This document shows, piece after piece, positions 13,584 to 27,442 of a stretch of DNA of 64,000 nt; position 1 is the stretch's first letter, and the number at the start of each line of letters is the position of its first letter. This DNA comes from Macrostomum lignano (Eukaryota): NCBI GenBank assembly GCA_002269645.1, contig NIVC01000087.1, forward strand, positions 1-64,000. Reading direction: 5' to 3'. A program made the translations under genes and the position numbers. The notes under the pieces are model-generated. The model was not told the origin of the DNA. It searched no databases and saw only the letters and a list, made by a program, of their open reading frames with translations.

Positions 13584-14084
13584 GGAGGGCATAACTGATG
13601 GGACTAGATCACAGCCAGAGATGGACGCAGAGCAGTACTGGAAACCGGGAATAAAAGTATTCAAATTGGACCGACCGCGAATCTGAAAGTAGCTAAGAGT
13701 TCGAAGAAGCAAACACAACAAGCAAGCAATTTTTTAATTCATGGAGAGAGCGAAGAGATTAGGTCCCAGCAAACTTTGAGTTGGCGCTTCTCAGTTGCCT
13801 GGCGGAACCGCTGTGTAATTGGTTAGGGAGGGGGGGCCTACGCTAATGCTTTCTGGCTAACAAACAAAACTGCAAAAGCTAACCAGTTAGATGTAAAAGA
13901 GAAAAGTTACAGTCACCACTCGAACAGACGAGGGAAAAGAGAGACAGAATTAGTAGAGAGAGCAGTGAGTTGAGCAGCTGAACCACTGGGGACTTTATGC
14001 TCAAAATTTAACTGAAATATACAAAAGTACCTCCTACTAGTATTAGTACAAGGGAACATTTTGAATGACTTAAATAGTTCTCTA

Positions 14085-15135
14085 CAACCGATTCTCACAA
14101 CCGATTCTCACTACCGATTCTCATTACCGATTCTCACTACCGATTCTCACTACCGATTCTCACTACCGATTCTCACTACCGATTCTCACTACCGATTCTC
14201 ATTACCGATTCTCATTACCGATTCTCACTACCGATTCTCATTACCGATTCTCACTACCGATTCTCACTACCGATTCTCACTACCGATTCTCATTACCGAT
14301 TCTCATTACCGATTCTCACTACCGATTCTCACTACCGATTCTCATTACCGATTCTCACTACCAATTCTCACTACCGATTCTCATTACCGATTCTCACTAC
14401 CGATTCTCACTACCGATTCTCATTACCGATTCTCATTACCGATTCTCACTACCGATTCTCATTACCGATTCTCACTACCGATTCTCACTACCGATTCTCA
14501 CTACCGATTCTCATTACCGATTCTCATTACCGATTCTCACTACCGATTCTCATTACCGATTCTCATTACCGATTCTCACAACCGATTCTCATTACCGATT
14601 CTCACTACCGATTCTCACTACCGGTTCTCATTACCGATTCTCATTACCGATTCTCACTACCGATTCTCATTACCGATTCTCATTACCGATTCTCATTACC
14701 GATTCTCATTACCGATTCTCACTACCGATTCTCACTACCGATTCTCACTACTGATTCTCATTACCGATTCTCATTACCGATTCTCATTACGGATTTTAAT
14801 TACCGATTCTCATTACTGATTCTCATTACCGATTCTCATTACCGATTCTCACTACCGATTCTCATTACCGATTCTCATTACCGATTCTTATTACCGATTC
14901 TCATTACCGATTCTCATTACCGATTCTCATTACGGATTTTAATTACCGATTCTCATTACTGATTCTCATTACCGATTCTCATTACCGATTCTCACTACCA
15001 ATTCTCACTACTGATTCTCATTACCGATTCTCACAACCGATTCTCACTATCGATTCTCACTACCGATTCTCATTACCGATTCTCACTACCGATTCTCACT
15101 ACCAATTCTCATTACCGATTCTCACTACCGATTCC
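14085..15135. repeat. 13-bp minisatellite CCGATTCTCA(C/T)TA
   Basis: ccgatt at 14101 and 14114. Confidence 0.97.
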
Positions 15136-15478
15136 AACTATTGAGTATTCAGTACTGTGGGTTTTAGCAAAAGCCATCGAATTCTGCAATTCTGAAATCT
15201 GCACATTTAAACAGCGGGCGGAGCAGCATGCTTAAAAATGAAAAACGCGCTATGACAGAGCAGTGGTCAATTCACCGAATAGTTGCTGTGTTTACACTCG
15301 GCCGCCTGAGACTAGCTCTGGCTGGCACGGTTTCCCCGCCTGTCTCTGGGGAGTTGCGACAATGCAGTGTCCGAGTGGGGCTCCCGTCCAAACTAGATTA
15401 AATTGAGGCTGGCCTGGCTGACGCCAGCTGCGGCCTCTGCCGTGAGTGCTGCCAGAAATTGAAGTAGGAATTAGGGGA

Positions 15479-16176
<698 letters not shown>

Positions 16177-16184
16177 CCCGCAGG

Positions 16185-17615
16185 ATGTCTGACGCCAGAC
16201 GCAACAACTGCTCGGAGAGCTTAGTCGCTCAGGCCTTCAACCAGATCAGCCTGCCGCTAATCGCAGTCATATCCGTGACCTCAATCCTGCTGAATGTGTT
16301 GAACATACTCATCTTCAGCAAGAAGAAGATGATCTCGCCAACTAACAGCATACTGTTAGGCATCGCGGTGAGCGACCTAATCAAAGTGCTCATGTTCCTG
16401 GTCACCTCGGTAGTTCCCCTGGACCAGATGAGCCACAGCTACGACTACCAGGTGTTCTACCTGTTCTGCAACGTGGCCATGTACCTGATGCACGCTTTCG
16501 CCCTGTGGTGCGGCGTCCTGCTGGCTCTGTTCCGCTTTTTCTACCTGCGCTACTACGCCTCCAGCCGCACCAAGGTGTGGTTCAGCCTGGCCCGCGCCCG
16601 CCTGGCCGTCTGCCTGGCCTTCCTGGCCAACCTGGTGGCCGTGGTGCCCTATGCCAGCAGCCTGCAGATCCGCGGCTTTAACGACACGCACAATAACACC
16701 GGGCAGAGCGGCCACAGCCCGGTGATGTACAGTCCGAGTCTGGACGAGCGGCACGAATTCAAAATCCGATTGTTCAACGGCCTGGCCCAGAAGGTTTTGC
16801 CCTGCCTCATCATGACCTGCTTCTGCTTCTTCATCATCAAGAGTCTGCGCCAGACAGAGAAGCGTCGCGAGTCGCTGGTGAATCTGAACAGCCGTTCGAG
16901 GACTGGCGGGATGAACCGGAACAGCAGCAGCAGCAGCAGGCGCGGCTGCGAGAGCTTCGCCAACTCGGAGGTAGAGACTACGCGGCAGCCTTCGCCGTCG
17001 CCGCAGCACTCGCTGTCGCAGCTGTCGCCGACGCCGACCCAGGGGACACAGCGATCGTCGAGAGGCTCAGCGTCGAAAAATTCTCGACGACAGCGTCGAT
17101 CGAGGGATCACCGACGAACTACCAGCTTCCTGCTGGTCATCATTGTGCTGTACATCCTGTACGAAATCCCGATGAGCATGCTGAACATCCTGGAGGACCC
17201 GATGTTCAACCTGCCGGGGGTGCAGTGCTTCTTCTATTTGTTCATCCGCATGCTGAACACGCTGGGCCTGATCAACAACTCGGTGAACTTCGTGCTCTAT
17301 TGCTTCATGAGCAAGCAGTTCCGCCAGGTGTTTAAGCGCATGTTCGGTCTGCTCTGCTTCCGGCAGCCCAAGACTGGCAACGCTGGCTCGGCGCGCTCCA
17401 CCACCGGGGCCCCAACACAAGGAGGTTCCGCCGGCGGCGGCGGCGGCGTCGACAGGACGAGGCGAAAACGGCTCGGTACCGACAACAGCTGCGGCGGTCG
17501 CAGCGGCGGTGGCGGGGGCGGCTTGATTCACCTCTCGCTGAGGTCCACCGGCGACGACGAGCGGTCCCGGTTCAGCGTGTCCGAGGGACCCAGCAACGCA
17601 TTCTACGATCCCTGA
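16185..17615 (+). CDS. Class A (rhodopsin-like) 7TM peptide-type GPCR, 476 aa, myosuppressin/FMRFamide-receptor-like (DMSR/Srw-type); intronless CDS
   Basis: Seven hydrophobic segments; TM1-2 LLNVLNILIFSKKKMISPTNSILLGIAVSDL, TM3 end LLALFRF, TM5 PCLIM, TM6 LYEIP, TM7/helix 8 NNSVNFVLYCFMSKQFR; N-terminal NCS sequon; long Ser/Arg-rich ICL3. Confidence 0.93.
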   Translation: MSDARRNNCSESLVAQAFNQISLPLIAVISVTSILLNVLNILIFSKKKMISPTNSILLGIAVSDLIKVLMFLVTSVVPLDQMSHSYDYQVFYLFCNVAMYLMHAFALWCGVLLALFRFFYLRYYASSRTKVWFSLARARLAVCLAFLANLVAVVPYASSLQIRGFNDTHNNTGQSGHSPVMYSPSLDERHEFKIRLFNGLAQKVLPCLIMTCFCFFIIKSLRQTEKRRESLVNLNSRSRTGGMNRNSSSSSRRGCESFANSEVETTRQPSPSPQHSLSQLSPTPTQGTQRSSRGSASKNSRRQRRSRDHRRTTSFLLVIIVLYILYEIPMSMLNILEDPMFNLPGVQCFFYLFIRMLNTLGLINNSVNFVLYCFMSKQFRQVFKRMFGLLCFRQPKTGNAGSARSTTGAPTQGGSAGGGGGVDRTRRKRLGTDNSCGGRSGGGGGGLIHLSLRSTGDDERSRFSVSEGPSNAFYDP

Positions 17616-18294
17616 ACTGTTTGAGCAGGGATTTTGCTAAGCATCCGAGATTAACTTTGCAACAGGCACCATTGGATGAATTTATTTCTGTTAAATTAAA
17701 ACTTTAAATAACTCGACGGCTCAATCCTGAAAGGATCTGAGAAGAGCAGAGAAATTATTTATTAGCATTGCCAACCTTTTATTTACTATTACTATTTAAA
17801 AATAAGCTGGAAAGTTTTGAATCGAAAAATAAAAATTGTTAGCTCAATTTAGGGATAAGTATCCCTACTACTGTTCAAGTGCGCGGGAAAAATGAATACT
17901 AGGGACATTGCGAATGGCACAGGAGTTGCCGCCAGATCGCGTGTCTCTCAGATTTCCCTGCGATCAGCAGAGAGCTGTGGCGTGGCGTGACAGCGGGCGC
18001 GCCTGCTACTAGCGAAACAAGTGCAAGGGGAGCCCGGGGTGTCCGCTTGCGGAGGAGGGCTCTGCCAGCTTCTTTGCAGTGACGAACAAGGACAAGAAGT
18101 CTTGACGAGTGACCTGCTTGATTGCAATACTAGTGGCTACCGACTTGTGCCCATATTTTTACAAGAATATCGGCACTTGTAGTTTTTGAAAGATTGAACT
18201 TTCGAGTAAAGTTCTCAACGATCGCGCACTGGCGAACTCAGAATTTTAAGATAACAAGAATCAAGAGTCCGAAATAGTGTCAGAAGTTGCTGCT

Positions 18295-19150
18295 GCACCT
18301 CATCAAATCTTAGCTGTCTGTCTGAAGCTGCACCTCATCAAATCTTCTGTCTGTCTGAAGCTGCACCTCATCAAATCTTATGTCTGTCTGAAGCTGCACC
18401 TCATCAAATCTTATGTCTGTCTGAAGCTGCACCTCATCAAATCTTCTGTCTGTCTGAAGCTGCACCTCATCAAATCTTATGTCTGTCTGAAGCTGCACCT
18501 CATCAAATCTTAGCTGTCTCTCTGAAGCTGCACCTAATCAAATCTTAGCTGTCTCTCTGAAGCTGCACCTCATCAAATCTTCTGTCTCTCTGAAGCTGCA
18601 CCTCATCAAATCTTCTGTCTCTCTGAAGCTGCACCTCATCAAATCTTCTGTCTCTCTGAAGCTGCACCTCATCAAATCTTCTGTCTCTCTGAAGCTGCAC
18701 CTAATCAAATCTTAGCTGTCTGTCTGAAGCTGCACCTCATCAAATCTTCTGTCTGTCTGAAGCTGCACCTCATCAAATCTTAGCTGTCTCTCTGAAGCTG
18801 CACCTCATCAAATCTTAGCTGTCTCTCTGAAGCTGCACCTCATCAAATCTTCTGTCTCTCTGAAGCTGCACCTAATCAAATCTTAGCTGTCTCTCTGAAG
18901 CTGCACCTCATCAAATCTTCTGTCTGTCTGAAGCTGCACCTCATCAAATCTTAGCTGTCTCTCTGAAGCTGCACCTCATCAAATCTTCTGTCTGTCTGAA
19001 GCTGCACCTCATCAAATCTTAGCTGTCTCTCTGAAGCTGCACCTCATCAAATCTTATGTCTGTCTGAAGCTGCACCTCATCAAATCTTAGCTGTCTCTCT
19101 GAAGCTGCACCTCATCAAATCTTATGTCTGTCTGAAGCTGCACCTCATCG
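18295..19150. repeat. 33-34-bp minisatellite CTGAAGCTGCACCTCATCAAATCTT(AG/A/C)TGTCT(G/C)T
   Basis: Direct tandem copies. Confidence 0.95.
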
Positions 19151-19663
19151 AAGCTTTGTTCTTCGCAGCGAACCAGGTTAAAATACGAGAAAATTTTATC
19201 TTTAATGAAAGTCCATTGTTGAGTAATGCGGCTGGTCTTGAGACGGTATTTCAAATCGCATATTTTTGTATAAATTTCTTAAGCTATAAGGCTTGACTCG
19301 TCTTATTTCTGTAATACTTTAAAAACGAACCAACTACGATAACTTGAGATTGGCTAAATATAAAATCTAAAACTCGGTTCATTCGGTGCAACCAAGATTT
19401 TAATTAAAAAACTAAATGATATCACAAAAGTCTGTCTGAAGTTGCGCTGAAGTCACTAACGCCTAAGGAATGATTAATAGCACGTACCTTTCAGCAGAAA
19501 GATGTCCGAAAGTGGAAATTAGGTCAATAAGAAAGAAACTAATCATCAACTGATCTAATTCATTTTTCATAAAAGACGAAGCTTTGATACAGATTTCAGA
19601 AAACTGTCAGCCGGCAGACTGAGGCCGCGGTCTGTCAGTACAAATTCTTCACATAATTTAGCT

Positions 19664-20365
19664 GAGACACCAAAGTACGGACTGGGGATGGCACTAAAGT
19701 GAGACACCAAAGTACGGACTGGGGATGGCACTAAAGTGAGACACCAAAGTACGGACTGGGGATGGCACTAAAGTGAGACACCAAAGTACGGACTGGGGAT
19801 GGCACTAAAGTGAGACACAATACGGACTGGGGATGGCACTAAAGTGAGACACCAAAGTACGGACTGGGGATGGCACTAAAGTGAGACACCAAAGTACGGA
19901 CTGGGGATGGCACTAAAGTGAGACACCAAAGTACGGACTGGGGATGGCACTAAAGTGAGACACCAAAGTACGGACTGGGGATGGCACTAAAGTGAGACAC
20001 AATACGGACTGGGGATGGCACTAAAGTGAGACACCAAAGTACGGACTGGGGATGGCACTAAAGTGAGACACAATACGGACTGGGGATGGCACTAAAGTGA
20101 GACACCAAAGTACGGACTGGGGATGGCACTAAAGTGAGACACCAAAGTACGGACTGGGGATGGCACTAAAGTGAGACACCAAAGTACGGACTGGGGATGG
20201 CACTAAAGTGAGACACCAAAGTACGGACTGGGGATGGCACTAAAGTGAGACACCAAAGTACGGACTGGGGATGGCACTAAAGTGAGGCACAATACGGACT
20301 GGGGATGGCACTAAAGTGAGACACAGTACGGACTGGGGATGGCACTAAAGTGAGACACAATACGG
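19664..20365. repeat. 37-bp minisatellite GAGACACCAAAGTACGGACTGGGGATGGCACTAAAGT
   Basis: gagacacc at 19701 and 19738. Confidence 0.97.
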
Positions 20366-21194
20366 ACAGGGGACAGGGAATGACATTAAATTGAGCCAAA
20401 TTAATCAAGCAGCTTTCTTACATGTACATTCAAGCGCAGGCTCGCAGAGTAAAACAAGATATACGAGCGTAAGTACAAATTTTTCGCGGTTCCTGCACAA
20501 CAAACAAATTCATTATTCATCACACGCAAGCTTCTGCCTGCTATGCCCTTCATCATGCAGACAACAGCTGGTTTCGAGAGCTGCTGAAGACTAATGCTGG
20601 CCAATTAATGCAAACGCCCTGTTATGAGGTACCTGCTTTGCGGCTCAGACTCCTGCAGTTTATTCTTTCAATCAAGGAAAGCATCCAGACTGCAATATTC
20701 CATAGGTCTCAATAATAAAAACACTCTGTGCAGGTACGGGCAGGGAGGAAGGAGGGTAAATTCTAAATGCCAAATTCTGGCGATAATTTGCTGAGCACCT
20801 TGCTTATGATAGCTTTAATAACCGTAGGCATTAAAACAGATTGCCTGTCTGGTTAAACTGATGGATGCACTCATCCCGGGCCTGAGTGACTCGCATACAG
20901 GCAAAAAGTCACTAACAGAATTGGAACAATTTCCTTTCAGGCGTGTGGTGCGCTATTCGAGCGGCAGCCAGACATATTATCTTCTCCCGGTCTCTCCCGA
21001 GCTTTTAGGGCGGAAACTGGAATTTGGGTGTGGCTCCGGGGGAGAAGAGATGGGACTGAGGGAGGCAGAGTGAAGAGAAACTGGAGACAGGAGGCAGATG
21101 AGGCAGGGGAATTTTGCCAATTATTCAGTAAATGCGGGTAGCGAGCGTTTGGAGACCAAATGATGCGGGAGACAAGTGTATCTGCCTGGCAACT

Positions 21195-21830
21195 GTGCGA
21201 TGTTTACCTGTTCGACTATGATGCTGGTGCTACTTTACACAGCATGCTTACCTGCGCTGTTTACCTGTTCGACTATGATGCTGGTGCTACTTTACACAGC
21301 ATGCTTACCTGCGCTGTTTACCTGTTCGACTATGATGCTGGTGCTGCTTTAAACAGCATGCTTACCTGTACTGCTTATCAGTGCTACCTGTGCTGCTTAT
21401 CAGTGCTACCTGTGCTGCTTATCAGTGCTACCTGTACTGCTTATCAGTGCTACCTGTGCTGCTTATCAGTGCTACCTGTACTGCTTATCAGTGCTACCTG
21501 TGCTGCTTATCAGTGCTACCTGTACTGCTTATCAGTGCTACCTGTACTGCTTATCAGTGCTACCTGTACTGCTTATCAGTGCTACCTGTGCTGCTTATCA
21601 GTGCTACCTGTACTGCTTATCAGTGCTACCTGTACTGCTTATCAGTGCTACCTGTACTGCTTATCAGTGCTACCTGTGCTGCTGCTTATCAGTGCTACCT
21701 GTACTGCTTATCAGTGCTACCTGTACTGCTTATCAGTGCTACCTGTACTGCTTATCAGTGCTACCTGTGCTGCTTATCAGTGCTACCTGTACTGCTTATC
21801 AGTGCTACCTGTGCTGCTTACCTGTTCCTG
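21195..21830. repeat. Compound array: ~3 x ~60-bp unit followed by 22-bp minisatellite TGCTTATCAGTGCTACCTGT(A/G)C
   Basis: Direct tandem copies; the 22-mer resembles the end of the longer unit. Confidence 0.9.
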
Positions 21831-22258
21831 TCAATGCTACGAACTTTGGTTTGCAAGTTTCCAATACAGGCCAGAATCGCAATGCACTTATCGTAGCTCG
21901 TATATGCCGATAATCAGGTCCAGAAATACAATATTTATGTAAAATAAACGCATGGGCAGTAGGTGAGAGTGACTGAGCAACTTGGTAAATATCGTCACTT
22001 TTATTAGCTAAAAGCACTCAGTTTGCCTAATGCAGCCCATATACATGTACACATGTAGAAGCAACAGTTGCTATTTGTGCTATCATTAATTCAATAAGCC
22101 TGTTCTTTGGTGTGTCTTGACATTACTGGCGCACTGACCTAGTTAGCATATTTGAGCTGCTGCCTGAGCTGAATATTCATCTGCCGTAAAAAACACATTC
22201 CGAATTAGACCATTTGCGCGTTTGCGCGTGCCTACTAAAACATGTGTAGCTGCGAGCG

Positions 22259-22905
22259 TAGATTAGCAATCCAATGTCGCTAAATGATATAGATTAGCAA
22301 TCCTATGTCGCTAAATTATACAGATTAGCAATCTAATGTCACTAAATTATACAGATTAGCAATCTAATGTCACTAAATTATACAGATTAGCAATCCAATG
22401 TCACTAAATGATATAGATTAGCAATCCAATGTCACTTAATTATAGATTAGCAATCTAATGTCACTTAATTATACAGATTAGCAATCTAATGTCACTAAAT
22501 TATACAGATTAGCAATCTAATGTCACTAAATTATATAGATTAGCAATCCAATGTCGCTAAATTAAATAGATTAGCAATCATATGTCGCTAAATTATACAG
22601 ATTAGCAATCTAATGTCCCTGAATTATATAGATTAGCAATCCAATGTCACTTAATTATAGATTAGCAATCTAATGTCACTTAATTATATAGATTAGCAAT
22701 CTAATGTCACTTAATTATATAGATTAGCAATCCAATGTCACTAAATAATATAGATTAGCAATCCAATGTCACTAAATAATATAGATTAGCAATCCAATGT
22801 CACTAAATAATATAGATTAGCAATCCAATGTCCCTGAATTATATAGATTAGCAATCCAATGTCACTAAATTATATAGATTAGCAATCCTATGTCACTAAA
22901 TTAGA
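22259..22905 (+). repeat. ~31-bp minisatellite with core TAGATTAGCAATC(C/T)A
   Basis: Tandem copies of atagattagcaatccaatgtcactaaatt. Confidence 0.93.
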
Positions 22906-22914
22906 TGGCTATTT

Positions 22915-23750
22915 ATGCTAATCTAACCATGGACTGCTAATCTAGCCATGGATTGCTAATCTAGTCTGGATTGCTAATCTAGCCATGCTGTGACTATCAT
23001 AAATTGCTAATCTAGTCATCGATTGCTAATCTTGTCATGGATTGCTAATCTAGTCATGGATTGCTAATCTTGTCATGGATTGCTAATCTAGTCATGGATT
23101 CCTAATCTAGCCATGGATTGCTAATCTAGCCATGAATTCCTAATCTAGCCATGGATTGCTAATCTAGTCATGGATTCCTAATCTAGCCATGGATTGCTAA
23201 TGTAGCCATGGATTGCTAATCTAGCCATGGATTGCTAATCTAGCCATGGATTGCTAATCTAGTCATGGATTGCTAATCTAGCCATGGATTGCCAATCTAG
23301 CCCTGGATTGCTAATCTAGCCATGCTGTGACTATCATGGATTGCTAATCTAGCCATGCTGTGACTATCATGGATTGCTAATCTAGCCATGCTGTGACTAT
23401 CATGGATTGCTAATCTAGCCATGCTGTGACTATCATGGATTGCTAATGTAGCCATGGATTGCTAATCTAGCCATGGATTGCTAATCTAGCCATGGATTGC
23501 TAATCTAGTCATGGATTGCTAATCTAGCCATGGATTGCCAATCTAGCCCTGGATTGCTAATCTAGCCATGCTGTGACTATCATGGATTGCTAATCTAGCC
23601 ATGCTGTGACTATCATGGATTGCTAATCTAGCCATGGATTGCTAATCTAGTCATGGATTGCTAATCTAGCCGTGGATTGCTAATCTAGTCATGGATTGCT
23701 AATCTAGCCGTGGATTGCTAATCTAGTCATGGATTGCTAATCTAGCCATG
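22915..23750 (-). repeat. ~19-bp minisatellite ATGGATTGCTAATCTAGCC whose core is the reverse complement of the preceding array's core
   Basis: TGGATTGCTAATCTA is the reverse complement of TAGATTAGCAATCCA. Confidence 0.93.
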
Positions 23751-24341
23751 CTGCGGATTTTCTAAAAACCCGTGCAATAGAAAAAAGGCTGTCAGCCCTG
23801 AATATCAAACTAAACTGCTGGCTGGCAGAACAAAGCAGAAACATAGAAACGCGAACAGCAAGCTTTCAAACAGCTAATTAAAATGTATTAGAAACCCAGA
23901 CAGCACAGACAGAGTCAGATAGATATATTTAGATCGAAAAAACTGGTTTGAGGGTTTAAGAGGAAATTGCAGACAATATATGCCCAAAAATAGAGAAAGC
24001 GAGAGCTCAACTCTTTTTAAAAAACCCAATTCGCAGTGCTCGCTCCGCTTCTGTATTGCGGAAACAATAGATAGGGCGAAACTGAATAGCGCGCGGGCGC
24101 GGGGGTTTAGTTGAAATACAAGGAATAGAAAATTTAATATTATTCACTTGTACTATTGTACTATTAGTAGAAGTTCGAGCATTTTAATTGTCTGGTCTCC
24201 GGGACAGATGGAAAATTATTACTAGGATAATTGCACTAAGCAAGCGAGACGGGTCTTATTTAACTTCCGAATGTTACTACTGAATAATTAAACGTGAGTA
24301 GTTAGTCACGGGCTGCACTGGAACCTTTAGATCTTGTCAGT

Positions 24342-25028
24342 TCAACTCTCGTCCATTTTCTCCTCATCCTTGGCGTCAGGCTTGGCAGCGGAAGCGGCCA
24401 TTTCGACATCCTCGCTGCCTTCAGCAGCAGCGGCGGCGGCAGTCGGCTTCGGCTGCTGCAGGGCGCGCATAAACGCCTCGGCGTTGCCTTCGTTAGCCGC
24501 TTGAACGGCGGCCTCGCCGACGCCGAACTGGGCAACCAGCGGTCCCAGCTCGCCGGTGCGCAGAGCGGCCGCGAACGCCGACACGCACTGGCGAAATTGC
24601 GGCGATTGAACTGAACGACGCAATTCGTCGACGCTGCGCGGCAGATCCGGACTGTCGGGCAGGAAAGGCATCAGACGGGCCTGCAGCTGGGCGTCGGCTA
24701 GCAGGGGCAGCAGCGATTCGATTGGCAGGGCGTCGTTCAGGTCAAACTGGGCGCCAGCTGAGCCAGCCGAAGCCGGAGCGGCGCCTTCGGGAGCCTGGAT
24801 GGAGGTGAGGATTGTCTGCAGATCGCTAAGCTGAATTCGACCGCCGGCTGTGCGCTGCTGCTGCTGCAGTGGCGTCTGTTGAAGCTCGCGACCTCCGCCG
24901 CTGCCGGCGGCGACTCCACCGGCGGAGGCGGCCGCGGTGGCCGGGCGCTCCGGCATTGTCTGTCTGGCGCCCGAAGCCGCGGAATTGGCGCCGCTGCCGG
25001 CGGGGCGAACTCCAGGCGAGCTTTGCAC
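24342..25028 (-). CDS. ADRM1: ADRM1/Rpn13 proteasomal ubiquitin receptor, coding exon 3 (C-terminal DEUBAD/UCH37-binding domain)
   Basis: IQLSDLQTIL, LMPFLP...ELRRSVQSPQFRQCVSAFAAALRTGELGPLVAQFG...EAFMRAL, C-terminal DEEKMDES; acceptor CAG at 25029-25031, phase 0. Confidence 0.92.
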   Translation of the reverse strand: MQSSPGVRPAGSGANSAASGARQTMPERPATAAASAGGVAAGSGGGRELQQTPLQQQQRTAGGRIQLSDLQTILTSIQAPEGAAPASAGSAGAQFDLNDALPIESLLPLLADAQLQARLMPFLPDSPDLPRSVDELRRSVQSPQFRQCVSAFAAALRTGELGPLVAQFGVGEAAVQAANEGNAEAFMRALQQPKPTAAAAAAEGSEDVEMAASAAKPDAKDEEKMDES

Positions 25029-25067
25029 CTGGGCGCGGGATGGAATGAGTAGGCTTAACAATGGACA

Positions 25068-26393
25068 ATTCTCATAGATCTGGGGCGATTCTCATAGATC
25101 TGGGGCGATTCTCATAGATCTGGGGCGATTCTCATAGATCTGGGGCGATTCTCATAGATCTGGGGCGATTCTCATAGATCTGGGGCGATTCTCATAGATC
25201 TGAGGCGATTCTCATAGATCTGGGGCAACTCTCATAGATCTGGGGCGATTCTCATAGATCTGAGGCGATTCTCATAGATCTGGGGCGATTCTCATAGATC
25301 TGGGGCGATTCTCATAGATCTGGGGCGATTCTCATAGATCTGGGGCGATTGTCATAGATCTGGGACAACTCTCATAGATCTGGGGCGATTGTCATAGATC
25401 TGGGGCGATTCTCATAAATCTGGGGCAACTCTCATAGATCTGGGGCGATTCTCATAGATCTGGGGCGATTTTCATAGATCTGAGGCGATTCTCATAGATC
25501 TGGGGCGATTCTCATAGATCTGGGGCGATTCTCATAGATCTGGGGCAACTCTCATAGATCTGGGGCGATTGTCATAGATCTGGGACAACTCTCATAGATC
25601 TGGGGCGATTGTCATAGATCTGGGGCGATTCTCATAGATCTGGGGCGATTCTCATAGATCTGGGGCAACTCTCATAGATCTGGGGCGATTCTCATAGATC
25701 TGGGGCAACTCTCATAGATCTGGGGCAACTCTCATAGATCTGGGGCGATTCTCATAGATCTGGGGCGATTCTCATAGATCTGGGGCGATTCTCATAGATC
25801 TGGGGCAACTCTCATAGATCTGGGGCGATTCTCATAGATCTGAGGCGATTCTCATAGATCTGGGGCGATTCTCATAGATCTGAGGCGATTCTCATAGATC
25901 TGGGGCAACTCTCATAGATCTGGGGCGATTCTCATAGATCTGGGGCGATTCTCATAGATCTGGGGCGATTCTCATAGATCTGGGGCGATTCTCATAGATC
26001 TAGGGCTATTCCCAGAGATCTGTGGCGATTCTCATAGATCTGGGGCGATTCTCAGAGATCAGGGGCGATTCTCATAGATCTGGGGCGATTCTCATAGATC
26101 TGAGGCGATTCTCAGAGATCTGGGGCGATTCTCATAGATGTGGGCGATTCTCATAAATCTGAGGCAATTCTCATAGATCTGGGGCGATTCTCATAAATCT
26201 TAGGCGATTCTCATAGATCTGGGGCGATTCTCATAGATCTGAGGCGATTCTCATAGATCTGAGGCGATTCTCATAGATCTGAGGCGATTCTCATAGATCT
26301 GGGGCGATTCTCATAGATCTGAGGCGATTCTCATAGATCTGGGGCGATTCTCATAAATCTGAGGCAATTCTCATAGATCTGTGGCGATTCTCA
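25068..26393. repeat. 20-bp minisatellite GATTCTCATAGATCTGGGGC filling ADRM1 intron 2
   Basis: ~65 tandem copies. Confidence 0.97.
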
Positions 26394-26425
26394 CTGGCTT
26401 GACCTAAAAAGCTAAGCAAACCTAC

Positions 26426-26782
26426 CCGACTAGGCACTGAAGAGCCCGTAGGCGCCTCCGAGGCCCCATCAGAAGCAGTAGATCCCGCCCCAGTAGAGGC
26501 CGGTCGCATCATCCCGGACGGGCTAAGGCCCATCTGCATGCCCATCTGCAGCAGTTGCATCAGCTCGCTCTGGGAAATATTGCCAAACATACTACTGAGC
26601 TCCGACTCGCCTAAGCCGCTAAGTGCGGAGCTCAGGCTGCCCGAACCGCCGCCGGCTCCACCGATGCCGCCAGCCGAGGCCGCGCCGCCGCCGCCAGCCC
26701 GACCGGAGCCCGGCTGAGGCGGGTTGTTCAGCGAATCGTTCACCTTCTTGCACAGATCGGCGTCTTTGTCCTCTTTCGGCTC
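26426..26782 (-). CDS. ADRM1: ADRM1/Rpn13 coding exon 2 (EPKEDKDADLCKKVNDSLNNPP... Gly/Ser-rich linker)
   Basis: Continues the Pru domain in frame (WMQ|EPKEDKD); acceptor CAG 26783-26785, donor GTAGG at 26425; 357 bp, phase 0/0. Confidence 0.9.
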
Positions 26783-26844
26783 CTGACAGGGTTGTTAACA
26801 CATGATAGCAGTAGGATCTGACTGACCCGCCCTTCTATTTACTG

Positions 26845-27260
26845 AATCTGCCATCCTCATCTTCTGAATCTGCCCTTTTATTTACTAAATCTGCCATTCT
26901 CATCATCTGAATCTGCCCTCTTATTTACTAAATCTGCCATTCTCATCCTCTGAATCTGCCCTCTTATTTACTAAATCTGCCATTCTCATCCTCTGAATCT
27001 GCCCTCTTATTTACTAAATCTGCCATTCTCATCCTCTGAATCTGCCCTCTTATTTACTAAATCTGCCATTCTCATCCTCTGAATCTGCCCTCTTATTTAC
27101 TAAATCTGCCATTCTCATCCTCTGAATCTGCCCTCTTATTTACTAAATCTGCCATTCTCATCCTCTGAATCTGCCCTCTTATTTACTAAATCTGCCATTC
27201 TCATCCTCTGAATCTGCCCTCTTATTTACTAAATCTGCCATTCTCATCCTCTGAATCTGC
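26845..27260. repeat. 43-bp minisatellite in ADRM1 intron 1
   Basis: tctcatcc at 26941 and 26984. Confidence 0.92.
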
Positions 27261-27442
27261 CAACCTCATCTTCCGAATCTGTCCTCCTTATCTTCCGAAT
27301 CTGCCAACCAACCTCACCTTCCGAATCTGCCATCCTCATCTTCCGAATCTGCCCTCCTCATCTACTGAATTTACTATCCCAGTCTGAACTCTGATTAATC
27401 CAGGTTCCAATTCTCAGCATCTCAATAGCCCCAACCGCACAC

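Noticed and set aside
20861-21073. Possible isolated exon after TTTCCTTTCAG (20940)
   Set aside because: Good acceptor, but no recognisable protein and no partner exons found.
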